54,369 bases of DNA from Callorhinchus milii (taxonomy: Eukaryota), in contig NW_024705324.1 of assembly GCF_018977255.1 (NCBI RefSeq), positions 1-54,369 of the forward strand, in the 5' to 3' direction. This document shows, piece by piece, positions 1-11,543 of this stretch. The notes beneath the pieces are model-generated. The model searched no databases. It saw nothing but the letters and a program-made list of their open reading frames with translations, and was not told where the DNA came from. The position numbers and the translations under genes are program-made. The first letter of the stretch is position 1; each line of letters opens with the position of its first letter.

Positions 1-275
1 CATTGGGACGCTGCATGAGTCGGAGAGAAAAGAAGAGAAAATGATTAAAGACATTTTTTTATTGTTATTTTTTCCGCATACACAGTATCGTTGCCACTCG
101 CCGGATTGTGCATGTTGTTCTTGTTGTGGTGTGGCGGTTGCTGGGTTTTGCGGATTGCGGTGTTCATGTTGTGTTGTTAGGGTTTGTGTTATGTTACGGG
201 GCACACATGGGGTGAAGGGGTGTTGTATGTTTTATTAGCAGCCGGGTCGGCTGCGAGCTATGTGGTAGGGGGTGA

Positions 276-1014
276 TGTAGTGGTGGTATTGACGTGCGCC
301 GGCAGTGATGGATCACGGGGCGCGGGGTTGGGCACGCGATGTGGGCGTGGCATGGACGCGCGCGCCGGTGGTAAGGCGCGCTCACACAAGCTGGGAAAAG
401 AGGATCGTAGCGAGTGCGCAGTGATTGGTCAGATAAGTGGGTGCTCTCAGCGACGTCCGCAGGAGGGTATAAAGGGAGACGCGCAAGAGCACTCGTGATC
501 AGTGTTAACCAGTTGAAGACCGAAGACGGGGTGGAGGAGGTAGTGGCCCGAGACCCCTAGTCCCGCCGTCCTTGTGGGGACCGGGGCCCTGTGTGGCTCG
601 GAGCCGAGACTGGGGGACCGTAGTCCGACGCCCGTGTGGGTCGGGACGGTGGTACCCAGAGCCGAGACGGGCACCCCGGCTGGGTGTGTCCCGGAAGGCT
701 ACGGGGCGTAAGAGCCCGTGTCAGTACAGCTGAGTGGGTGTTAGTCACCCGAGTAGCTAAGGAGGGTGTTGGTCACCCGTGTAGCTGAGTGGGTGTTGGT
801 CACCCGTGTAGCTGAGTGGGTGTTGGTCACCCGTGTAGCTGAGTGGGTGTTAGTCACCCGTGTAGCTGAGTGGGTGTCGTCACCCGTGTAGCTAAGTGGG
901 TGTTGGTCACCCGTGTAACGAAGTAGGGTGTTAGTCATCCGTGTAACTACCAGTTGGTGAAAATAAAGAGTGTGCTACCCGTGAAGTCGTCTCCTGCCGA
1001 GTTACTACTTTACA
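276..1014 (+). mobile_element. 3' LTR of a Gypsy-type LTR retrotransposon (internal part lies off the left edge)
   Basis: Purine tract gtagggggtga directly before TGTAG at 276; ends TTACA at 1014; TATAAA 468-473; AATAAA ~962. Shares blocks (ccagttgaagac, gacccctag, tgtgtggctc) with the solo LTR at 33400-34057. Confidence 0.75.
725..948 (+). repeat. 27-bp tandem repeat inside the LTR (~8 copies)
   Basis: Unit gtagctgagtgggtgttggtcacccgt repeated with minor variants. Confidence 0.95.
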
Positions 1015-1190
1015 TTTGTATAAACCATTTGCACAACAATTTATCGAAGCCAAAGATGTGAAAAATAAAGGACTTTGTACTGCTCTTTGTCTGGCTCCTA
1101 AACGTTGACCTGTTGGGTTTTGACCGTACCAGGAGCTAAAGCTCGCGCTGCCATATCTATCCAGGTCATTGAAGTACACAAGCTCCATTT

Positions 1191-1410
1191 TTTCGATTTA
1201 AAGCTTTCGTGACTGCAGGGATTCATCTTCTTGGTTCTTTCGGTAAAGTCACGTAGAAGGGAAGTAATAAAATAATAAAAATAAACATAATAAAATAAAA
1301 TAATTCTCACGACGTTTCGGCTACAACGCAAGCAGCCGTCTTCAGGTGAAGAATGAGACACTGCAAGCTAGGAGCTTATATATAAGCTGGGTTGGAGGTG
1401 GAAGAAGAGC
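1191..1410 (-). mobile_element. Penelope-like element terminal (pLTR) fragment
   Basis: Same tttcgatttaaagctttcgtgactgcag...ggtaaagtcacg block as at 18415, 26718, 26962, 43071 and 53621; contains a hammerhead core; TATA-like cttatatataag ~30 nt upstream on the minus strand. Confidence 0.75.
1306..1350 (-). ncRNA. Minimal type I hammerhead ribozyme (PLE-associated)
   Basis: Minus strand reads ttcac-CTGAAGA-c-GGCTGC-ttgcgtt-GTAGCC-GAAAC-GTC-gtgag: intact CUGANGA/GAAA core, 6-bp stem II, palindromic ACGU in place of stem III, GUC cleavage triplet, stem I ttcac/gtgag. Confidence 0.8.
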
Positions 1411-2965
1411 GCAAAAATTGATAGAGGAGGCGTGTGACTCCCTGGGCACTTTAAAGATCAGGGCATCGCCCTACCACCCCCAGACTGACGGGATGGTAGA
1501 GCGCTTGCACAGGACTCTTATGTCCATGCTGTGCCAACAGGTTAACAAATCACAGTCTGACTAAAATTTGTATGTTCCGGGTGTTCTCGCCGCATATAGA
1601 ATGGCCCCACACGCCTTAACAGGGTTCTTCCCCTTTTTCCTCGTGTACGGGAGGGAATGTGACCCCCCCCCCCCCCATGAGGCTCAGTTAGGCATGGATC
1701 TGGGCAAAAAGGTCGCTATGCCGATGCCCATGCAGCTTACGATCAGGCGGCTAACAGAAGTGCGGGAGGCGTCTCGGTGAAAGTTCGACCAAGCGGCAGG
1801 CAGCCAATGGGAAGCTCGTGGGACTTCGTGAATCCGGAAACCCATGGACCCCTGGGGACAAGGCATTGTTACATTGCTCCAGGCGTCCTTGTGCATGTCC
1901 CCTAAATTTCACGGCCATGGCAAGGCCCAGTTGAGGTGTTTGAAGTCAGGAGGCCACAGTGCATGTGAATCCAGGTAGTTTGCAGGCGCTGGATTGTGCA
2001 CCCATCACAGTTGATACCCTATTTTCCACCTTGTGATGCCAGCTCATCCCCACCACCTGAGTGCCGGGTGTCTGGCGAGCCAGTGCGACCAGGCATCGAG
2101 GGTGCACCTCTGCAGGATTCCGTGCTCTCGCCAGAAGGATCCCAGTGCCTAACATCTGAAGACCCACCGACCGCACCTTCTACACACGGACCGGGGAGAT
2201 GGAACGGCCATCAGCTTCTTCTTCTCCCTTGTCTTCTTCTCAGAGAGGCTGCGCCCATTAGGCCATTTACACATCGTCCCCAGGGTCCACAGGAAGTTCA
2301 TTATTGTACCACTTGGGGGCCCAGTGACGAGGACCCACTCCAAAAGTGTTAGATTTCGTTAACCTGTCCTCTTTTTAATTCCTGGTTATGGGTTCATTAC
2401 TGTGGGTTCTCGCCAGAAATTGTTAATTATCCCGGTTGGTTTTATATTGTTCTTAATGCTTCCTGCTACGCGGGTGAGTGATGTCAGCTGATACGCCTGT
2501 TTTTTTACGGGGGGGCGGGGGTGGGGGTAGGTGATGTAGTGAATAGAATAGATCATGCAGCAGCATAGTGCTGGCTGCTTGCAGGGAAGGCGATCTGCAG
2601 CTCACAGCAGCCCTGACTGACTGCAGGTCACGTGATAGTCCAGAGAGGGTTCTAGGGAAAGGTTACGGGTCACATCGAGAACCCGCAGGAAGGTTCCAGA
2701 AGGGGGCGGGGCCGGAGGTGGAGCCAGGCCAGGCTCAAGTATAAGAGGGGCCTCAGGAAGGACCTTTGGGCTGTCGTTTAGAGTGGGATCCCGTGGTGCT
2801 GCAGCAGTCTTCACCGTCATCTCCATCTTCACCATCTTGGCATCGCCAGTCAAGGAAGCTACCAGCTGTCCTGACTGGAAACCGTAGTTGCTAAGTGTTA
2901 CTGTCAGGCTGTGTTAATAAACCAGAGTGCCTCCTACTCTTAGTGCCTCTTAGTCAGTCACTACA
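1410..2965 (+). mobile_element. 5'-truncated, decayed Gypsy element: integrase C-terminal remnant, PPT and 3' LTR (2535-2965)
   Basis: Broken translation KIRASPYHPQTDGMVERLHRTL...VPGVLAAYRMAPHALTGFFPFFLVYGRE, homologous to the integrase at 24166-25905; G-rich PPT; LTR termini TGTAGTGA...TCACTACA; AATAAA ~2916. Confidence 0.85.
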
Positions 2966-3139
2966 CATGTATGAAAACTTTCCCAATGTGATCTTCATAT
3001 GACCAATTTATATATTGGTTGTAACTAAATAATTGTTACCAAATATCAGTACAGTAAAAATTGGCTGGCAAGACTAATAGGGGGCGAGCCCTTGTCTGCC
3101 AAACTGAAAAGTCGGGCTATTTGCAAAAACTTATTAGAA

Positions 3140-3232
3140 ATAGCTCTCCCCGGGGCTCCTCCCCCTCCTGTAACTTTCCCCGGGGCTCCTCCTCCTCCTG
3201 TCACTCTCCTGGGTGCCCCTCCCCTTCTGTCA
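3140..3232 (+). repeat. 30-bp tandem repeat, ~3 copies
   Basis: ggggctcctccYcctcctgtMactYtcc unit. Confidence 0.7.
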
Positions 3233-3992
3233 CTCATCTTTCTCCAGATTCGCCTCTCCCTCTCTCAAAACATAGCACTGAACCAGAAGAAGGAGCACAA
3301 CTCATGGAATGGGGGAGGTGTGGCTCACACTTTAACTACACAGCTAATATATTATATACATCTTACAGTGCAATATTCGTATTACATTATTCTAAGATAA
3401 TTACTTTTTATTTAATAGCTCATCGAATTCTTGCAGTCAAAATAAAGATTAACAATACTTAAAAAATAGACGATTTTGGGCCTGACCACAGAAAAACTGT
3501 ATAAAGCCTACCAATCAGCGATTTGCATAGGCTTTAAACTTGCATAGCATGAAACTGGAATAATTGAAGACATCCCAGCCATGAGTATGGTTGTTGATAT
3601 GGTCGTCGTCGGAAATTTCTTGGGGTTTGAGGATGATGCCCATAAGGTTTGAAGGTCGCTCTTGAGGTGGCTGGAGGAGCCCAATTCTGGATCCGCAGAT
3701 CTTAGGGCATTGGGGTTACCAGGGCCGGATTAAGATATTTGTAGGCCCTAGGCCCTTCTGTTTCCTAGGCCTTCAGTGATACATTTCTACATTTGGTATG
3801 GCTGCTGCCATGTACTACCGCCACTGCCACTCTCTTGTTTCACACATATTTCATCCAGCCGCTGGAGAAATGTCGTCACCGACACGTTCACTATTTAGTC
3901 TGTGCCCTAATTCGATGGGAGTGTGCCGTGTGCTGCAGATAAGCAGATTTAATTCGAAATTATTGGGGAAAAAAAACAAAAAAGCCTAAAAA

Positions 3993-4363
3993 TATTACAA
4001 GCGAGTCCAACTGAGTCGCAGACGTTAGCTTAGGAGCAACACTATTTATTTACACAACAGTACGTAACATAACACAATCTACACTCAGGTCTCGAATGCC
4101 CATCTAACCATGCTATGGCAGTACTAGATACGGTTCGCTATCCCGGTCCAGCCCACAAGCTGGGTCCCGGACCACGTGGCTAGAGGCTTCTTCTCTCCAA
4201 CGTAGATCTTCTTCACACACCAGCACACGAAGAACCTCGAGCTCCGCACGGGGCCCTCGTTATATGCCCCCAAGCTGGGCTGGCTCCGCCCTTCGCCCTG
4301 CCCACCTTCCAGGTCTCTTGAGCTAAAATATTTCCGTTCATTTTCATCGATAACGTTATGACA
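3993..4363 (-). mobile_element. Possible degenerate solo LTR
   Basis: Minus strand begins TGTCAT, has TATA-like catataac and AATAAA near its end; 3' terminus degenerate and no TSD seen. Confidence 0.3.
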
Positions 4364-4584
4364 GGACGACCGCATGGCGAGCGCCATATTGCTTTACTTT
4401 TGTCTAACCTTAAATATTTATTCGACTGTTATTTTAGTTGTAATATGCCTCACTTATAACAAATCAACTGTTTGTTACCATTGGAAATACATTGTAAAGA
4501 GCAGCCAATAAATTATCTAAAATACAAATTTCACTTCATAAAATATAAGTTGCTATATTCCCCCGTTTTCCTTATATATTATCA

Positions 4585-5287
4585 CTAGCTGTACTACCCG
4601 GCTTCGCCCGGGACTTGGATCCACCACGCCCGGCCGCCTTTGTCTCCCCAGTGGCGAAGTTCACACACCACAGTGAGTGGAATCTAACTCGGGTCGCCGG
4701 GTTCGTAGCGCAGTGCGCGAATCACTACACAGTCGCTGTCCCCCCACACAAACAGGATAAAGATCCCCCGTGTAGCCTGTGAGACTGTAGGGGGGGCAAG
4801 TGCTGTTAGCGAGCACCTATGAAGGCCGGCACGGCACACGAGGGGGTGGGTGGCCAGCACCACGCCTTTGTCCCCCCAGTGTCGATGTTCACACACCGCA
4901 GCAGTTACTCGTTTGAGGCTGAGTCGACCATGGGGAGGCCCAGGACCGGTTAAAATAATCGTCACCGGTGGTGGCCATGAGCGGGAATCGAACTCGGGTC
5001 GTCGGGTTCATAACGCAGGCGCTAACCACTACACTACAATGCGTTACGCTTCCACATGCGCGGGTCACATGACAGATATGACGTAACAGCTCACTTGCTG
5101 TGCAAAAAAGATATGCTTTACTGAGCCCCCCCCCCCCCCAAAAAGTGTATATTTCAATTTCATGCATGGTGTACAGTCTGGAAAGTACCCACATGGCAAA
5201 TTTCAAATTTGTTGCATGTCGGAAAGTACGCTAAACATTTTGAACAGACACACATAATCACAACTTTGCCTTTTATATATATGGAGA
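4585..5287 (-). mobile_element. Non-autonomous Helitron carrying SINE sequence
   Basis: Minus strand 5' A|TCTCCATATATATAAAAG; 3' hairpin CCCGGGCGAAGCCGGG followed by CTAG|T; A/T insertion site. Confidence 0.75.
4735..5040 (-). mobile_element. tRNA-derived SINE
   Basis: Head with A box TAGTGTAGTGG and B box GAGTTCGATTCC; body gtcgactcagcctcaaa...gagta is shared with copies at 38520, 44690-45270 and 45270-45500. Confidence 0.8.
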
Positions 5288-7594
5288 TTTCAGAAGTGGC
5301 AGAGACTAGGACTACTTGGCTGCTTTTTTAGGCTAAGTTAGAAAAAAAGCTTGTTACGCATTCGCCCTTCAGTTTATGCTTACTAGAATTATAGTATCAT
5401 TGCATTTTTTCTTTCTTAGTAATCTGCCTAATATTTGGTTTGGTCTAGCTGTTCAGAGATTGTTACTGGTTTCTTGCTTTATGTATTTATGTATTTATTA
5501 TTTCTAATAATTCACTCGTATACAATTTATTATTGAAATTTTGCAATTTTTTTGAGAATTTAGTATAATTTTTGTATTGTAGAAATTAGAGAAAAAAACA
5601 TGTAGCATTGAACAAGGTTGTGAAGAGTGATGGTGCAAAACCTCCAATGCAATCATCAGCATTAATAATACAGCTGGATCACAATAATAGTGAACCTTGT
5701 AAAATTGTTCTTGAAGCAGAATTTTATTCGTACATAGAGGGTAGATAAAGTGAAGAACAGGCGAATGTGGGACAATGCATCGGTTGCTGCATTGCCAGCA
5801 GATCTTGAAAAATAATTCACTGATTGATTCCTGTTGTTCCTGCATTTGTATGCAGAGATACAAAAAAACAGTGGCAGATTTGCTAAAAGCCCAAATATCT
5901 GACAAGCTGATTAGCAGGTTTCCGGATGTTTACATTGCTTTAAGGATGTATCTTGTTATCTTGGGAACGAATTGTGAAGGGGAGTGTTCTTTTTTCGAAG
6001 CTTAAACTGCTTAAAAAAAACCTGTCTCCAATTAACCATAGGACAACAACGCTTGTCTTCCCTTGCACCTGCCTCTATTGAGAATGAGATCGTGCGAAGA
6101 ACACCATTTGAAGATGTTATTGCTCATTTTGCAATAAAAAATCTCTAAATGTTCATCTCCCGTGATAATTTTCTCGCCTTATGAAAAAAAAGATTGACAT
6201 GACTCTGCCTATTTTTATATACACTCTGTCTATTCTTGCTTCATGACTATACAAATAACTTTACATGAAGACAACTGCATGAAAGCCAATATAAGTAAAT
6301 GCATTCATGTGTTTAGGTGAGAACTCAAGATTCGAGTATAGTCTCAGTTTAAGTGACCATGAAGATTCATGAAATCTGCCACTTTAAATCACGTAAGTCG
6401 TTTTTGAGCACCTGAGCCTTTGTGAATTCGGGCCCATCGTATCAGGGAAATCGTGATTGATTTGGGCCAACACAAGTACATTTTGAACAAGCTCCTAATC
6501 ACAAATTTCATTTGAAAAAATGGTGGCAAAATCCAGCACTAAACGTATTTTCCTTACCGACCAAGGCATGCAAAGCTCTACTCCAAATGCCGTAATGTAC
6601 GTTTATTTTCCAATCACACCATGTGTAGTGACATAGCGCTGTCTGCTGTCCAGCAAAGGCAATTGCGGTGGACAGTTAGCGCACACGCCGTCGAGCATAT
6701 ACACGGGTGTGCCGGCAGGGTGGAGGAACTTGTCACGGAAGACCTCATCTGGAAGCCCCTGGAACTCGCTAGTTGGTTCGAGAAGGGAGGCATGGCCAGG
6801 GCAGAGCCCTGCTGCGCTGAGTAGGATAAAAGCAGCGAAGAGCAAGAGCTCCGGACTGCTGGTTCTGGTAGTGGACTTTTCTCATCATCGCTGTTGTCTT
6901 CACCGCCTTCGTTGCTGCCGCCTTCACTCGATAATTGCGTGCGGGATAGCTGTAGGCTGTCTCAGTCGATGCGGTCAGGGTTGTGTCTAGGCTGGGCTAT
7001 ACAACTTGGAAGGAACGAATGAGGGCCAACCTGTGAACCTAAGAGTGTTTTAATAAAGAAGGTGCCTCCTCAAGAATCATGTTTCCAGCCCGTTGACACT
7101 GCACATGTATCAAGTGTAGTCTATTTCCTTATTCGACACCTTACTAACGTGTGTAGTGAAAGATGATCGCAACCAAAATGGTCTCGTAACAATAATATGC
7201 TTTCATAATAATGAAAAACAAGAACAACCACAAAACACAACTTTCCCCAACTCACACCACTGTTTAAACCGCGGGAAGAGAATGGCTCTGCCCCTTTTAC
7301 AATGATGACAAATGTAAGTTGTCTGCATGAAATTAACGTCATCTTAAAAAGTTAAGTTGTTTTGCTAATTACGATGCTTCCGATGACAAATTTACGTTGG
7401 AAAGAATTACAGAATCATCCACATCAATGATATGTCTTCCTTGTAAATATTTTCGCCTCTCCTACTGAAAACATTGTAATGTTAGTACTGATGTATTTAA
7501 TGTTGAACTTCTTTCGCACTGTACATTAGCAGGTGATGTCTGTTTTGCATCCTCCACACTGGCGGCCGTAATGCGTGATAATCAAAGTTTTTAC

Positions 7595-7719
7595 CTTCTG
7601 TGCATCACCCAGTCCCTCTGTGTCCAGCAGCAAGAGGTACTTGTCATTATCAGGGTGGGGTCTTGGCCATACCCAGATGCCTTTGGTTTGTGCTTCTATA
7701 GCACGTCCCAGTGAGAAAC
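7595..7719 (-). CDS. GBP: Guanylate-binding protein (GBP family GTPase), second coding exon
   Basis: ctacag|...|gtaa splice sites; translation (G)FSLGRAIEAQTKGIWVWPRPHPDNDKYLLLLDTEGLGDAQK has the GBP G2 (TKGIW) and G3 (DTEG) motifs; phase matches the exon at 16228. Confidence 0.93.
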
Positions 7720-8249
7720 CTGTAGATTTAGAGGAAATATATGAGCAAAATTACAACCGTGTATTTACAACAATGTTAATACGATACATTGCTCTTATTA
7801 GGTATCTTTCACAATTTCTCAAGGCATCATGCATGGCAAGGACAAAGATAATAATTAAATAAATAAACTGGTGGAAAAATGAAGGCAAGAGAGGAACAAA
7901 GCTAATTCAAGGAAAGATTTTTTTTAATGTCTTTTCGTCGGGACTAAATTACAATTGCAGTGTTATAGCCAACATTTCAGCCGAATATTTTTAGTCAGGG
8001 TGGATTCGGCATGTCAGCAAAATATGTTCAGCAAAACTTATACAAATACTTAAATTGGTGAAATATCATTACCATCTGTTCTTGAGGATCGTGTATTTTA
8101 ATACTATCTAATATCAAATACTTTAACCTGAAATTACAATAAAAAAAATACGAGAAAAAAACTTACTATAACAAACGATGACTGAACTTTTGAAAGTAAC
8201 TTTTTACAATTATTACGATCTAATCTAACCTAAATTTATATTTATAGAG

Positions 8250-10300
8250 CACCTTCACTCAAGGAGTGCACAAGTTTTGACGAACGAGTAACAGCGATAG
8301 AGGCGTACTTCGGGATCATGAAAGGCTATAGGGGAGGGACAGCAAGGAGTGAAGGAGTGAGGGGAGGGAAGAGGAGAAGAATAGGCAAGAAATAATAGGT
8401 GAGATTTAAAAATCTGAATTGTAGTACCGGAGTAAATAACCCATCGAGCGAGAGAGGTATTTTTCAAGGGTGACTCGGCCAGCAGACAAACACGGCAGCA
8501 AGTGTTACATATTAATACATAAACATAATATAAAATGTACAAATAAACGAATTATAATATGATCTTACGAAACAATTATGTATATTCACAACTTGTATTG
8601 TCGTGATGCAGAAACGTCTGTTTTTAAAAGAGTACAGAAAAGGAGATCCACAGAGAAGACACCAGTTGGTTCCTAAACGTTGGAGCAGCTACATGGAATG
8701 CTTTTGAACCAAGTTGCGTACAAAATCTGAGAATCGTGAAAAAAAAACAAGCAGAAAAAAATCGCAGATTCTGTATTTTGTAATGGTATTAACAAATCTG
8801 ATGAATAATGTTCAGAACTTTGGGTAATTGTCTTGTAAATGAATATTCCTCAATGACTTCTTCGTTCTTCTAGGGACATTAGCCCAACCATAGAATAGAG
8901 GTTACGGTGGTGCGTCCATACGGAGCATCCTCTGCAAATAGTAAATTTGTTTAAGAATGAAGACAAAGCAGCCAGGTATGCTACTGCGTCACAGTACAGT
9001 TGAGAAATAACGGAATAAGTGTAGCTTTAATAAGATTATAAAAAAATTAATCTTTAAACAGATTAAATCAGGAAAACAGTGCATATTTCTGTACAAAGAC
9101 AATTTTACATTTAACTTTTTAGATTAATTTATCAATATGCATCTGAAAATATAAAGAAGGACCAATAAAAAAACCCGAAGTAAAATAATGGTAAGTCTGA
9201 TCAATACTTTGTCCATTCAGTGCCACAATGGACATCATAGGAAAAACACCACACTTCTCTTTCGGATAAAAGCCATGAATTTAGTTTTACGAATGTTAAG
9301 AACGAGTTCTAATGTAAACAGTTATTTTTGAAAACCTTCAAATCATTTAGAAAAATTGTATTGCAAAATAATTACATCATCTGCAAAAATGTATGTAACA
9401 CAATCTATTAGATCATTAACCTAAATTATTTATACATAAAGATAATAGTATTGGTTCCAATATCGAAGCCTTTGGCACTCTGATTAGATATGTTATCAAA
9501 ATAACGAACCTGGCGTCGATCAGATTAATCGTTTTACCCAAGACAAGGCATCTGCTGAAAATTGTAACTGTTCAAGAGATGCCAATTATAAATTGTGATC
9601 AACGTTGTCAAAGGATTTTGAAAAATCAAAGATAATGCTGCATAATATTGTTTATTATTGAAGCTATTGAAATTTAGTTTAATGCATTATATGTTTTTGT
9701 ATTGTATTTTCACGAATCCTGATTGTCGAAGTTTTAGAAGATTATAGTTTGAAATAAAATTAATCAATTGTATTTTAATATTTTCCCAAAGACCTTGACT
9801 AGTGTTGATGAAATCGATATCAGAATTAACCACTTTATGTAACGGGCGTACAAATGCGGTTTTCTATGCAAAGGTAATTTAGATTTCTTGAAAGGACATT
9901 GAATAAGTGCACCATAGTTTCACAAATAATATCCTCAGCAGCAATTAGATAAAATGCAAGGGATACCATCTATCCCTGGCGATATTGAGGTTAATAATAA
10001 TAATACATCTCCCACAAAATATCCAGCTCTGTAATGGATTTAAAGATGTATTTTGGAAATTCGAACGTCGTATGTGTATCACCTTAATTTACTGAAATGT
10101 GTGGCGTTAAAGACGCACCATTGTTTGCTTTAATTGATCAAATCTATGTCCTGCAGTAGGGAAGCGAGCATTCAAACCATTAATATATTATTCATCCTGA
10201 AAAATAGTATTGTGACAAATCGATTAACAGGTAAACCATTCACTTGAACATTATTTTATAAGAGCTTAACAGAGATCCAAAATAATTTGTGATTGTTATT
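8250..10300 (-). mobile_element. Highly decayed non-LTR retrotransposon (LINE) reverse transcriptase fossil
   Basis: Minus-strand motif remnants in the correct order: IIFDFSKSFDNVDH (~9600-9640), VPKASILEPILL (~9450-9480), IFADD (~9375-9392); boundaries approximate. Confidence 0.7.
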
Positions 10301-11183
10301 TTAATCAATAAAGGCTTTACAGAAATACGAAGCCTCTACATTCGAGTCAGTCAAGTACAACGATTTCTTAATCGTCTATAAGACAGCCAATCAGCATTGA
10401 GGTTTGAAATGTTAGCAAGCGACCAAGCTTAATCTCTTGATTTCATACATATGGAAATTTGCATATATATATAAAGGTCAAAAAATGTAAATAAGGGCCG
10501 ACATGATCTAAGAACGCAATTTTACAACTAAGATTTCGATCGAAGTTAGACATATCGTGTCTAAAAGCCTGCATTTGAGAGGAACGGAAGGAGTTTAATG
10601 GGGAACTGTTGAAAGTTTAGGGGGAGTTAATTCCTGTGGATAGGGGTAAGGAGGGAAAGTTCTACATGAAGCGAACACGATGCGATGAACATGACCCACC
10701 CTGGAACTGAATAGCAAGCGATGCACATGACATAGTTTAGACAGGCTTTCTAAGTACCCACTAGTATTTCCAGGTACCTGACCCGACACTGAACTCTATT
10801 TGTAGCGGTAAGAACAAATAATTGCAAGAGCTAATGCCGGGTGATAGGCACACGCCTGTGATTGAGCACTGTGGAGGCAGCCAGCGCTCGTCGAATGGAC
10901 AATGACAAATATTGCGAGACTCCATTCCCGTGGGCATCACGGTGCTATACCATGGCTTGCCAGCAGAATGCAGTACGGTCAAGTGTGGAATTATATGTCA
11001 GTTTTGTATGCGATAGAGTGCAGACCATGTCTTGGCGCCGGCTCAGCACTTTTCAGCCTGTGATTCCTCAGCAATTGTGAGATTTAATTTGCGTTAATGA
11101 CGTTATACAAAACTAATAAATGGATTACATTACGGCTACAAAATTACGTCCATCTGAAATGCACGTTATTATAAACTATATTA

Positions 11184-11543
11184 GAGGCCATCCATTTCGT
11201 ACTTACGCAAAAATCTGTCAAAACTTGACCCCTCCCCCCCTCACTGTAAGCACGCGTACTGTATTCCCCCCCACCTGCGTATGTAAGCTTGACTCCCCCC
11301 CCCGAATCCTATAGAACTGCCGATATTTAATCCACGCAGAAACGATGAAGGATTACAAATATTAACGTGTTTAAGCATACAGATAGTCCACCGCCGGCTG
11401 CATTATTATTATAGAGACTTCACCCCCCCACCTTGTTTCCTATGAGTACGTACATTGTCAGTAGACCCCTCCATACGCAAGCGTACGAGTTTGGGTTAAC
11501 CCCCCCTCTCCCCTCCATGCGTACGTACTAAATGGATGGCCCC
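11184..11543. mobile_element. PIF/Harbinger-type (Tourist-like) MITE
   Basis: TIRs gaggccatccatttcgtac / gtactaaatggatggcccc; 3-bp TTA TSD on both sides. Confidence 0.85.

Larger units (their letters stand above)
3720..6150 (+). mobile_element. Decayed hAT transposon with nested insertions; transposase C-terminal dimerisation-domain remnant ~5900-6145
   Basis: Left end CAGGGCCGGATTAAG...ggccctaggc is typical of hAT ends; broken translation FPDVYIALRMYLVILGTNCEGECSF/SKLKLLK.../RLSSLAPASIENEIVRRTPFEDVIAHFA. Whether this end and the remnant belong to one element is inferred. Confidence 0.55.

Noticed and set aside
725..948. 27-bp repeats as CRISPR, or the ORF 741-938
   Set aside because: Head-to-tail repeats without spacers inside an LTR
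4975..5040. tRNA gene
   Set aside because: tRNA-like head continues into a SINE body found several times in the window; no proper acceptor stem
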